Below, in pieces: positions 20,030 to 28,495 of a stretch of DNA of 64,000 nt; the stretch's first letter is position 1, and every line of letters starts with the position of its first letter. The position numbers were made by a program, and so were the translations under genes. The stretch comes from a plasmid, in the sequence record NZ_CP024444.1; one strand, 5' to 3'. The notes below the pieces were generated by a model. That model did not search any database. It was not told where the DNA came from and was given only the letters and a program-made list of their open reading frames with translations.

Positions 20030-20915
20030 GACTAGGTTCTGTTGAACATTCAAAGCTTCAGCCAATGATAAGCAAAGGCTAGAGCGACCAAATTCTCATA
20101 ATTACGTTTAAGCTTCTCATACCTTGTCGCAATACCCCGATAATGCTTAATACGACAGAAAGTATTTTCAACTAAATGACGAGACTTGTATAAATGCCAA
20201 TCCATATGTTCATTTGATAGTTTAGTGTTACGCCTTCTTGGAATATTAGCTATGGTTTGACTCTCTTCAACTTTCTCACGAAAGCACTGAGAGTCATAGC
20301 ATTTATCAGCACCAAGTACCACAACATCACTTAAATCTAACGTATCAATCAAGTCAGGTGCTGCTTTAACATCGTGGGTTACGCCATCGGTAATGATGAA
20401 ACGAATGGGATTGCCATGTGCATCAACTGCTAAATGAATCTTACTGCTGTTGCCTGCGACACTTTTATCAATGCCTTGCTCTTTCATGTCACCACTACTA
20501 CTGTGCTGATGAGCTTTAATATAAGTTGCATCGATAAACAGCCACTCCATGTCTGGAAAGTTAATCATCTTTTCAAACAATTTGATGAGCTTATTACTTT
20601 GTGACCATCGGTTAAAGGCTTTAAATATTGTGTTGGTCTTTCCAAAATATCTGGGTAAGTCCCGCCACGGTATGCCTGTTCGCATTTTATATAAGATCCC
20701 TTCTACGGTCTTTCTTAAATTAGCATAGTCATAGATGCCAATTTCTTGTAGAATGGGTTTTAGCTTCTTCCAATGTTGATTATTTAGCATAAGACGAGGC
20801 ATAGCGAACAGTCTTCTTTTTGGGTCAGAGCTTAAAGTTTACTGCTTCGCTATTTTTTTATCAAAATTTCCTCATTATGTTCTTTTGTATATTAAATGTT
20901 CAACACAACCTAGTC
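20030..20915. mobile_element. IS5-family insertion sequence
   Basis: 21-bp terminal IRs GACTAGGTTCTGTTGAACATT (20030-20050) and its complement with one mismatch (20895-20915); single transposase ORF. Confidence 0.75.
20050..20802 (-). CDS. IS5-family DDE transposase
   Basis: 250 aa; ..MRTGIPWRDLP.. N-region and a DDE_Tnp_1-like C-terminus. Confidence 0.8.
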   Translation of the reverse strand: MPRLMLNNQHWKKLKPILQEIGIYDYANLRKTVEGILYKMRTGIPWRDLPRYFGKTNTIFKAFNRWSQSNKLIKLFEKMINFPDMEWLFIDATYIKAHQHSSSGDMKEQGIDKSVAGNSSKIHLAVDAHGNPIRFIITDGVTHDVKAAPDLIDTLDLSDVVVLGADKCYDSQCFREKVEESQTIANIPRRRNTKLSNEHMDWHLYKSRHLVENTFCRIKHYRGIATRYEKLKRNYENLVALAFAYHWLKL

Positions 20916-21016
20916 GGTCTATATTTCGCAAATTTAATTGCTATCCAGTTATTAATTTGTCAAACTTAAAATCTAAAACTCACTCGTTCACATAGTAAAG
21001 TGAGGTTATTTTAAGG

Positions 21017-21025
21017 TTTAGCGAA
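21017..21025 (+). promoter_or_regulatory. island motif copy (TTTAGCGAA) upstream of the integrase-like gene
   Basis: 4 nt upstream of ATG 21030. Confidence 0.5.
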
Positions 21026-21029
21026 TCAC

Positions 21030-22685
21030 ATGAAAGAATTTATTACTAGGCAATATCACTCAAATCTGCCTAAAGAGAGTAGTGACTTAATTAAACATGC
21101 TGGGTCAGCATCCCAAAATGCCTACCTAGACCGTTGGGGTCAATTCTATGAGAATTTTGACCCACAAAAAACTGCCGATACCAATCTAGCTGATACTATC
21201 AGTACCATACAGACAAAACGTCAAAATGGTGAAATTAAGTGGTCAACGGTACGTCAATACAAAGCCGCCATTATGTTTACCCTGTCATTGGCATACCTGT
21301 ACCGAGAAAACCCGTCCTTGTATCAACAGGTGGTCGCCTATAAAAAACTGGTCGATATCGAACGCTTTCACCCGTTCTTTAACGCGGTCACCACGCCAGC
21401 ACTCGAAGATAATTATGAAGAGCTCAACAATTGGAAATCAAGCGATCCGCTGATAACTAAGCAGCTGGATAACCTGGCGCATGAGAAAAACAATACCAGC
21501 TCTTCAAAAGCCAAAAGCTTTCCTGACGAGCTGTACAACATCTTGATGAAAGACACCTCCCCAAACATGCATTGGGTACGAGTTTTTACCTACCTTAACT
21601 GCCGTTTGGGGCTGCGCCCGAATGAGTGGTATGACTGTGAGCTGGTGAGCCATGATTATTATGAAGTGACTAAAAGTCAGCAGGGCAATCCCTTTTTTAA
21701 TGGGCGATTTCAAGATGCCAATAACCAACCAGTTATCCATTTTTCCGAACCAAACGACCAAAATTCGGCTTTTACTTATGGTTTTCTCGAAAAACTAGGG
21801 GTTTTTACGTTTAATGAAATCAAAGATAAATCTGCACCCGTGCTTGTGGTTAAAAATTCCAAGCTATCACATGGTCGTGCCTGCGGTCCCCTACGATTTA
21901 TAGCACTCACCGGATTTAATGCAACCGAAGTGGATTTATTAAAAACCATGATGGGCTATTTCGACAGACAAAACGATGAATTAAATACCGATGGCACACG
22001 GCTTGCGTTTGTTAAGCATGTGATTAACCCAATGCAAGGTAAACTGCATTACTTTTGGCATAGTAATGATGATGCCGAAATAGCGATCAATGATGTGTTT
22101 GAGCAAAAGCATGAAGACTGGACCAACGAAAAAAATCGGTATCTTCGTCAAGGCAAAGAATTTAATCGTACACCGCCCGTTAAAAATTACCCGACTTTGT
22201 ACTCAACACGCCATCAAGCCATTGCCACAGCCAAAGCAACGGGGTGTTCGCCAATTGAGATTGCCGCCTTATTTGGTCATGCATCTGTCATAACCGCAGA
22301 TAGGCATTACGGTAAGCGTATACATGGTTGGGGTAAACAACAAGTTCAGCCTGTGAAAGAAGGCGTGATGAATGTATTAGCTCGCATGACTGACGCGGTA
22401 TTTAATCAGATTGTGAGTGAAAGTGCGCCTGGCGAATTGGTGCAAGCCGTTGCCGAGCAATTAGAACAAGACGGGGTGATAAAAGCACCTGATAGTTTTG
22501 AAGATGCGGTTAAACAGATTATGACCCAGTATGACAACCAGCCGGATGTGTTTAATGAGCGATTAAGCCATGTAGTCAAAACGCACATTCAACCGATTGC
22601 CGCTAAACAGCGTGATGCCAAAACATCGGTTCAACGTGCGCCTGTACTCAATAACAATTATGATAATGGCTTTAGTCCAAACTAG
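21030..22685 (+). CDS. large tyrosine-recombinase-like protein (C-terminal catalytic domain), unknown N-terminal 380 aa
   Basis: C-terminal boxes ..YSTRHQAIATA.. and ..LFGHASVITADRHYGKR.. resemble the box II RHxxR..GH..Y region of XerC/D-type integrases. The island motif TTTAGCGAA lies 4 nt upstream of the ATG. Confidence 0.5.
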   Translation: MKEFITRQYHSNLPKESSDLIKHAGSASQNAYLDRWGQFYENFDPQKTADTNLADTISTIQTKRQNGEIKWSTVRQYKAAIMFTLSLAYLYRENPSLYQQVVAYKKLVDIERFHPFFNAVTTPALEDNYEELNNWKSSDPLITKQLDNLAHEKNNTSSSKAKSFPDELYNILMKDTSPNMHWVRVFTYLNCRLGLRPNEWYDCELVSHDYYEVTKSQQGNPFFNGRFQDANNQPVIHFSEPNDQNSAFTYGFLEKLGVFTFNEIKDKSAPVLVVKNSKLSHGRACGPLRFIALTGFNATEVDLLKTMMGYFDRQNDELNTDGTRLAFVKHVINPMQGKLHYFWHSNDDAEIAINDVFEQKHEDWTNEKNRYLRQGKEFNRTPPVKNYPTLYSTRHQAIATAKATGCSPIEIAALFGHASVITADRHYGKRIHGWGKQQVQPVKEGVMNVLARMTDAVFNQIVSESAPGELVQAVAEQLEQDGVIKAPDSFEDAVKQIMTQYDNQPDVFNERLSHVVKTHIQPIAAKQRDAKTSVQRAPVLNNNYDNGFSPN

Positions 22686-23407
22686 CCAATATTAATCAAA
22701 ACGTCAGTACCATTGGCAAACGTCACCGGGGTATGGGTGTAGTGACTTGAGATACGCGTGCGCAGCAAGCTGTGCTCGATGTGGCCGTCGGCAAAGGTAA
22801 AGCGATTGGTTTGAGCCATCCCTGATAATTTGATACTATGCTCTTGCAGGGTACAGACAACTGCTAACACCTGTTGCCAAGCTTCATACGACAATTGGCG
22901 AAAATAATCTTTATTGGTATCGCTTGTGGTGTGGGTGCGTACTTTCATTTCTGACCAACCGATATAGCTGCCGAAATCATCAGCTTGCCAACCCAATGCT
23001 TCAATCAACAGCACTAGGTTGTAAGGCGCGTACCCAACTTCAATACATACTTCATTGATAGCAATGCCTTTTTCGATTAGCTTTGGGCGTAAATGATTAA
23101 CCAAAGACATAAATTCGATATAAGTTAACTCTTTGTAGGGTGCCATTAGGCTTTCAATACGCAACGCAAGTTCACTGGCGAGCTGTTCAGGCTTGCTATT
23201 GGTGGCGTCAATCAAACGTTTAACGTTGTTTGGGGTATAACCTTCGCCAAATACCAAATCTCTTGCGTCAAAGGGTTTGCCTGCTTTGTTATTATTAAGT
23301 CGTTTTAAAAATTCTTCGGGTGGGGTAATTAACCATTCTTTCATTCTTAGACTTCCACAACTTGCATATAACGGGTTATTTGTAAAACTTCTTCTAAATA
23401 TTGACAA
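22682..23407 (-). CDS. hypothetical protein, paralogue of 23480-24211
   Basis: Shares the pattern KG[IL]..x..C..G..YNL..(20)..GW with the divergently transcribed neighbour; possible DNA-binding domain. Confidence 0.4.
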   Translation of the reverse strand: MSIFRRSFTNNPLYASCGSLRMKEWLITPPEEFLKRLNNNKAGKPFDARDLVFGEGYTPNNVKRLIDATNSKPEQLASELALRIESLMAPYKELTYIEFMSLVNHLRPKLIEKGIAINEVCIEVGYAPYNLVLLIEALGWQADDFGSYIGWSEMKVRTHTTSDTNKDYFRQLSYEAWQQVLAVVCTLQEHSIKLSGMAQTNRFTFADGHIEHSLLRTRISSHYTHTPVTFANGTDVLINIG

Positions 23408-23479
23408 TATAATACAGCGAAAATATACTTACAATTACTTTAATAGTATCCGTAACTGGTAGCGCAACTTAGGTAACAA

Positions 23480-24211
23480 ATGCCAATGGATTTTGATGAT
23501 AGTGAAAAATTAATAGACAAGGACATTGATATTCCTTTGCATGTGCAACAGGTTTTTCAAAATCATCCTGATATTTTAAATGATCTAAACGTTTTTAACG
23601 TAAACGAGTGCCATTTTAAAGCAAGCTTTGACCCTGTCAATTTAAAAAACATTATTCGGTTCTTTCGTTATTATTATAATGTGACCGCGATTGAGCTATA
23701 TAAGAATTTAGCATTAAAGCGTCGCAACTCAAATAAAACGATTTCTCGGCAGACATTTTATACCTGGATTTCTGAAACCACGATAAGCGTCAACCCGACC
23801 GAAGAGTATTGGGAACAGATATTAGATTACTGTCAGCCTTATTTCAATGAAAAAGGGTTGGATGCCAAAACATTTTGTACTCGTATAGGTTGTTCCAATT
23901 ACAACCTTGCGGTGATAGTAAAAAACAGCCAATTAAGTTTAGAGCAACTTGAGATACTGCAGGGGTGGAATACACCTCACCGCATGAAGCGTTATTTTTT
24001 AGAGAAGGACTCTTATCGCTATCGTTCAATACCCTACAAGACGTGGCGACGGTTCTTAGATGTGCTAAATGAGGCAATACAACAAAAACAAGAAATGTTG
24101 AAATATTACACAGTTGATAAAGAGATTAAGCATGGCAATGATGTCAGACATCAAATATTTGCACCAAAAACGATTAGTTGCAGGCCAGCAAATACCAATA
24201 GAAAAGCGTGA
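23480..24211 (+). CDS. hypothetical protein, paralogue of 22682-23407
   Basis: 243 aa; carries ..KGLDAKTFCTRIGCSNYNLAVIV..GW.. mirroring ..KGIAINEVCIEVGYAPYNLVLLIEALGW.. in the neighbour. Confidence 0.4.
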   Translation: MPMDFDDSEKLIDKDIDIPLHVQQVFQNHPDILNDLNVFNVNECHFKASFDPVNLKNIIRFFRYYYNVTAIELYKNLALKRRNSNKTISRQTFYTWISETTISVNPTEEYWEQILDYCQPYFNEKGLDAKTFCTRIGCSNYNLAVIVKNSQLSLEQLEILQGWNTPHRMKRYFLEKDSYRYRSIPYKTWRRFLDVLNEAIQQKQEMLKYYTVDKEIKHGNDVRHQIFAPKTISCRPANTNRKA

Positions 24212-24779
24212 GCATCATTTAGTTTTACAAGTGCCGCCTACGGTGATTACCCGTCATCGCGCCCACTTAGACAAAATAATGTTGGATTTATCTGAAATAT
24301 CAGAAAAACCGTTTGATTTAACCAGTGTTGAAAAGTTGTATAATAGCATCAATGATTATCAAAAGAATGTGATGCTTAGTGCGCATACCCGAAGCGGTGT
24401 TTACGCTATTCAAAACTTACTTGAAGGGCTTAAAGATAAGCTTTCTGTGATTAAAGCGCGTTCCCCGAACTACTTAATTCAACCAGCTGATTATATGTTG
24501 CTAACCAAAGGTGAGTTTAGACCAGCGGTGAACCAACAAGATGTCACCCGTGACTTAGAAGATACAAAATTGGTTATTGAAATGTTTAAGCAGCGCATAA
24601 AAAGTGGGCGTGCTGAAAATGTTGAAGAGTTACAAGGTTCAATTGTTCAGCTAACGGCTGAATTAGAGTATCTAAAGCTTTATCAGTTATCTAAAGCATT
24701 TTTACATCCCTACAATCTAAACAAGTATGCACAATTAATCAGAGTTATCGAACAAAACACCGAGAATTTAGTTAATTAA
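24114..24779 (+). CDS. hypothetical protein
   Basis: 221-aa ORF. The 5' end overlaps the previous gene by about 100 nt, so the true start may be downstream. Confidence 0.35.
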   Translation: MIKRLSMAMMSDIKYLHQKRLVAGQQIPIEKREHHLVLQVPPTVITRHRAHLDKIMLDLSEISEKPFDLTSVEKLYNSINDYQKNVMLSAHTRSGVYAIQNLLEGLKDKLSVIKARSPNYLIQPADYMLLTKGEFRPAVNQQDVTRDLEDTKLVIEMFKQRIKSGRAENVEELQGSIVQLTAELEYLKLYQLSKAFLHPYNLNKYAQLIRVIEQNTENLVN

Positions 24780-24792
24780 GCGAGATAGGCTC

Positions 24793-25353
24793 ATGTTAGT
24801 AAATGATTACACGGCGTTTGTGAAAAGGTTTCTGCAGCAATGCCTCATTGATGTAACTTGCCAATTACCAAATGACGATACCTATAAGGTTCGTGATATC
24901 CAGCCACGCATCAAGCTGCATTTTCAGGACAAAACATTTCGTTTCCTGCCTGAATTATTGGTAATTAATAATACCTTAGCTTTGGATTTTCAAAGAAATG
25001 ACACTGATTTGAATACAGTGGCATTAAAACTGCACAATCTAAGACTTAAAGAGCAAGATGCTAACAATACTAACAGTCAGCCACTCACGCCAACTCAAAG
25101 TGAAGTTGAGTATGACCTGTTATATATGGCGTTGGTCAAGCAACTGGTTTTAATGACTCATAAACCATTATTAAATCAATTCTATGAGCAAAATTTGTTT
25201 GATGCTAATAATCTTTCTGATACTTTGGTGAAATTAGATCAAGATGCCATTGACCGCATCAAAGCGTTATCAAGTAATCAACAAATACCAATCACTGAAG
25301 CTAAAAAGTCATACCGTCTATACCGTCTAGGTTTGGATGGGCAGCCATTTTAA
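24793..25353 (+). CDS. hypothetical protein
   Basis: 186-aa ORF with strong coding periodicity and no recognisable domain. Confidence 0.4.
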   Translation: MLVNDYTAFVKRFLQQCLIDVTCQLPNDDTYKVRDIQPRIKLHFQDKTFRFLPELLVINNTLALDFQRNDTDLNTVALKLHNLRLKEQDANNTNSQPLTPTQSEVEYDLLYMALVKQLVLMTHKPLLNQFYEQNLFDANNLSDTLVKLDQDAIDRIKALSSNQQIPITEAKKSYRLYRLGLDGQPF

Positions 25354-25367
25354 TTGGATAAATTGCC

Positions 25368-25724
25368 ATGCTAGTTATTGTGATTGCAATGCTTAGTGCG
25401 TATATAGTCAATCTTATCTTATCGTTTTGCAATAAAAGAAAAATTGATAAACGCATCACATATTCAATAGTAGCTGGCATGCTGATTATCAGTTTTTCTG
25501 CTGTCATCTACAATGTTTATTACCTTGACCCCTACATGAAAAAACAATTTGATGCCTATCAAAATCATGTAATACAACAAAATAAACAGCGTGTTGAAAT
25601 GCAGCGTATGCAGGCATTTATTAGATATGCCAATGCGTCAGACAGCCCAGCTGCCAAAGCCCAAGCTGAAGAACTGCAGCGTAAGCTTGATGCCATGCAA
25701 AAAAATCAAAGCAATACTCAATAA
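25368..25724 (+). CDS. small membrane protein with C-terminal coiled coil
   Basis: 118 aa; two N-terminal TM helices then a Q/K-rich helix. Confidence 0.4.
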   Translation: MLVIVIAMLSAYIVNLILSFCNKRKIDKRITYSIVAGMLIISFSAVIYNVYYLDPYMKKQFDAYQNHVIQQNKQRVEMQRMQAFIRYANASDSPAAKAQAEELQRKLDAMQKNQSNTQ

Positions 25725-25936
25725 GAAATATAACTTTTATAAAGTATTGACAACATCCCTAATCACTTTTAATATTCATAAACAAAATTACCGAAATAAA
25801 TGTTGATTGCAGCTATATGTGGCATCAAAATTTGATTTTTATCGAGTAGTTTGTATTATAATGTTCACACAACAGTTTTAATATGTGTTTACATCATATT
25901 ATTATTTAAGCAACAATTAATTTTATTGTTGTGATA

Positions 25937-25948
25937 ATTATTAGCGAA
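25937..25948 (+). promoter_or_regulatory. island motif copy (ATTATTAGCGAA)
   Basis: 6 nt upstream of ATG 25955. Confidence 0.5.
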
Positions 25949-25954
25949 TCAGAT

Positions 25955-26284
25955 ATGTTTAAAAAGAAAACGCCCGATTACCGGGGTAAAGCAATCATGC
26001 TTTATGAACCCGAAGACTTGTCTAATATTGAAGACAGATTTAGCCTTTGGCGAAAATCAGAATCTTTATATCACACCGATAAAACCACTCTCTTTAAATA
26101 CAACGAGCTTTTAAAGCGTCTTATTAACTACACAAATACCCTGTCAGCTTTGTTAGCAACCGCACTACTACTGGGCGTGTTGTATCTTGTGCTGTTTGGC
26201 AACTTTGAGAAAACAGTCCTTATAGATGGTACTTATTTGAGTTGTGTCGTTCAACCTGACGGCACGATTGGCGTTGATTTTTAA
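25955..26284 (+). CDS. small single-TM protein, candidate DotJ/IcmM-like
   Basis: Start moved to ATG 25955 (MFKKKTPDYRGK..); one TM helix (..ALLATALLLGVLYLVLFG..); lies immediately upstream of the DotI-like gene, as icmM does in Legionella. The motif ATTATTAGCGAA lies just upstream. Confidence 0.35.
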   Translation: MFKKKTPDYRGKAIMLYEPEDLSNIEDRFSLWRKSESLYHTDKTTLFKYNELLKRLINYTNTLSALLATALLLGVLYLVLFGNFEKTVLIDGTYLSCVVQPDGTIGVDF

Positions 26285-26302
26285 ATATACGGTAAAGACA
26301 AC

Positions 26303-27391
26303 ATGAATGACAACTATGACGATCAGACGAACCAGCGAGTAAGTCAACCCAATAACGGCATAACGAATGATGAATTTGACACCGCCAGTGTCCCCTTAAC
26401 CACTGACGCAAATGTTCGCCATGTTGATGATATTGAGTCACAGCCATTGCCTTATGGTGGTCTTGTCAATCAAGATGACACCGTTGAACTTCAAAATACC
26501 CTAGAGGAAATCGAAAAAGACCACGGTACTACCGAAGTTTATAAGATTGAAGAACAAGAGCTTAGTCAAAAACAATACCTCGACTTGCCTGTCCCTGGTA
26601 TTGATAACGATTACTACGAGCAGTCAGCGGTGGATGATGACAATCTAAAGCATGTTGAGCAGTATGACACCCAAGCTGGCGCATTCATGACACCTGAACA
26701 AATGACCAATTTGTCACCTGAAGATAAGGAGGCTTTATTAGCATCGGGGCAGATCGGCATCGGTACGATTATTCGTGAAAATGCTCATTTAGTGCAAGAT
26801 GCAATCAATAACCGCAAAACCCTATCTAAAGCAATCTTTGTAAGCCTAGCATTACTGGTCGCCTGTGTTGGTTTATTAATCGCCTTTTTGTCATATCCAA
26901 AAGTGCGTTACATCCCAACTAAAGATAACACTTCGATTTGTGAAGTAACTGCTGAAAACAATCCAAACCTTACCGACCCAATGATTTCTAACTTTGCCAA
27001 AGATGCCGTTGTTAATCTATACACGATGGACTATATCAATTGGAAATCCCAAAGTAACGCCTCTCTTGAGCGTTGGTTCACCAATCAAGGTCGAGTGGAC
27101 ACTATCAAAGCTATTCAAACCGCTGGTATTACCGATTACCTAGAAAAAAATGCATTGACCATGCGAGCTACCAACACAGGTGCACCACAAATTGAACAAA
27201 CAGGTAATTTAAGTGATGGTACCAAGTTTTGGCTAGTGCGTTTCCCCATGATTATTGATGTTTTTTCAGGCAAACCCACGCCTGAAGACACCCAACGATA
27301 CATTGTATCTGTACGTGTAATTGCTGATACCGCCAGTGCTCAAAATCCAGCTGGATTGGGCGTTAACTCTGTAACATTGAAACCAAATTGA
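26303..27391 (+). CDS. dotI/icmL: DotI/IcmL (TraM-like) type IVB secretion inner-membrane protein, with a 170-aa acidic N-terminal extension
   Basis: Single TM (..IFVSLALLVACVGLLIAFL..) followed by a periplasmic IcmL-like domain (..DPMISNFAKDAVVNLYTMDYINWKSQ....FWLVRFPMIIDVFSG..). Confidence 0.6.
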   Translation: MNDNYDDQTNQRVSQPNNGITNDEFDTASVPLTTDANVRHVDDIESQPLPYGGLVNQDDTVELQNTLEEIEKDHGTTEVYKIEEQELSQKQYLDLPVPGIDNDYYEQSAVDDDNLKHVEQYDTQAGAFMTPEQMTNLSPEDKEALLASGQIGIGTIIRENAHLVQDAINNRKTLSKAIFVSLALLVACVGLLIAFLSYPKVRYIPTKDNTSICEVTAENNPNLTDPMISNFAKDAVVNLYTMDYINWKSQSNASLERWFTNQGRVDTIKAIQTAGITDYLEKNALTMRATNTGAPQIEQTGNLSDGTKFWLVRFPMIIDVFSGKPTPEDTQRYIVSVRVIADTASAQNPAGLGVNSVTLKPN

Positions 27392-27407
27392 TAGCAAGGA
27401 TATAGCA

Positions 27408-28472
27408 ATGACATTTCCATCTTTGAAACCTATTATTCTTGGCCTTGTTGTCGCCACAGTATCGTTAATCACCCCAGCTGAAGCGCGTACCTCAAAACTG
27501 CCACCTAATACCATAGATATTAATGGTGGTGGGCGTTCCCCCGTGATTGCATTGGCACCAGCGGATATTCAACCACAAATTGTGCCATCACCGCGCACCA
27601 TGATATCTAGTCAAGTGGCAGAATTCCAACAAATGCAGCTAACGCCTGAAGAGGCGGACACCATCAAGCGCATTCGTTTGGATCGCCAGCGTATTGAAGC
27701 CACACCTTATGTCACAACGCCTGAACCTATTGTACGTTCATTAGGTGTTGAACTTGAGCCCGGCAAAACGCCACCCTTGATACGCGTATCAAAAAATATG
27801 CTGACAAGCATTGTCTTTACCGACGTAGATGGCAATCCATGGTACATCGAAAAGGTTGCTCTAAACCGTAACCAATTTTCTGACGCGGTATCTGCCGACA
27901 CGATTGCAGCCGACCAAAACGGGCAGCCATCAAGCAATCCAAATCAACCACAGCAAGCCCCAAAACCAGCATTAACCAATATCTTAACTATTGAGCCAAA
28001 TGATGCGATTGCTTACGGCAACGTATCGGTTACCCTAAAAGGCAAGGCATTACCCGTTATCTTCTTGTTAGCCGCTGGTCAAAACCAAGTGGATGTGCGA
28101 GTCGATGCGCGTGTTCCTGGTACAAACCCTGACGCTAAACCAACGTATATACCAAGCCCAATTGAAACCATGACAGGCATCGATGATGCAGCATTAAGTT
28201 TTCTTGATGGCGTGATACCGCAAGACGCTCAACCAATGGTTTCATCTGACCCAGCTGCCCAAGCATGGCGATTTAATGATTATCTGTATGTAAAAACCCG
28301 TTTTGACGTGCTCTATCCTGCTTATACCTCTCGTGCATCTACCCAAAATAGCGTCAATATCTATCGCTTTAGCGCAACGCTACCTAACAATAGCATTACG
28401 TTGACCCAGCGTGGTGGCCAACCATTCACAGTGTCGTTTGAAGAGGCACCGTATAGCGAATATCAACGATAA
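27408..28472 (+). CDS. dotH/icmK: DotH/IcmK (TraN-like) outer-membrane core-complex protein
   Basis: 354 aa with a signal peptide; size and position between the IcmL and IcmE homologues match DotH. The sequence similarity is recalled, not computed. Confidence 0.5.
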   Translation: MTFPSLKPIILGLVVATVSLITPAEARTSKLPPNTIDINGGGRSPVIALAPADIQPQIVPSPRTMISSQVAEFQQMQLTPEEADTIKRIRLDRQRIEATPYVTTPEPIVRSLGVELEPGKTPPLIRVSKNMLTSIVFTDVDGNPWYIEKVALNRNQFSDAVSADTIAADQNGQPSSNPNQPQQAPKPALTNILTIEPNDAIAYGNVSVTLKGKALPVIFLLAAGQNQVDVRVDARVPGTNPDAKPTYIPSPIETMTGIDDAALSFLDGVIPQDAQPMVSSDPAAQAWRFNDYLYVKTRFDVLYPAYTSRASTQNSVNIYRFSATLPNNSITLTQRGGQPFTVSFEEAPYSEYQR

Positions 28473-28495
28473 ACGACAATAATAGGGGAAACAAA

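Noticed and set aside
24114-24211. Treating the 98-nt overlap between 23480-24211 and 24114-24779 as a programmed frameshift fusion
   Set aside because: There is no slippery sequence; a later start for the downstream gene is more likely.
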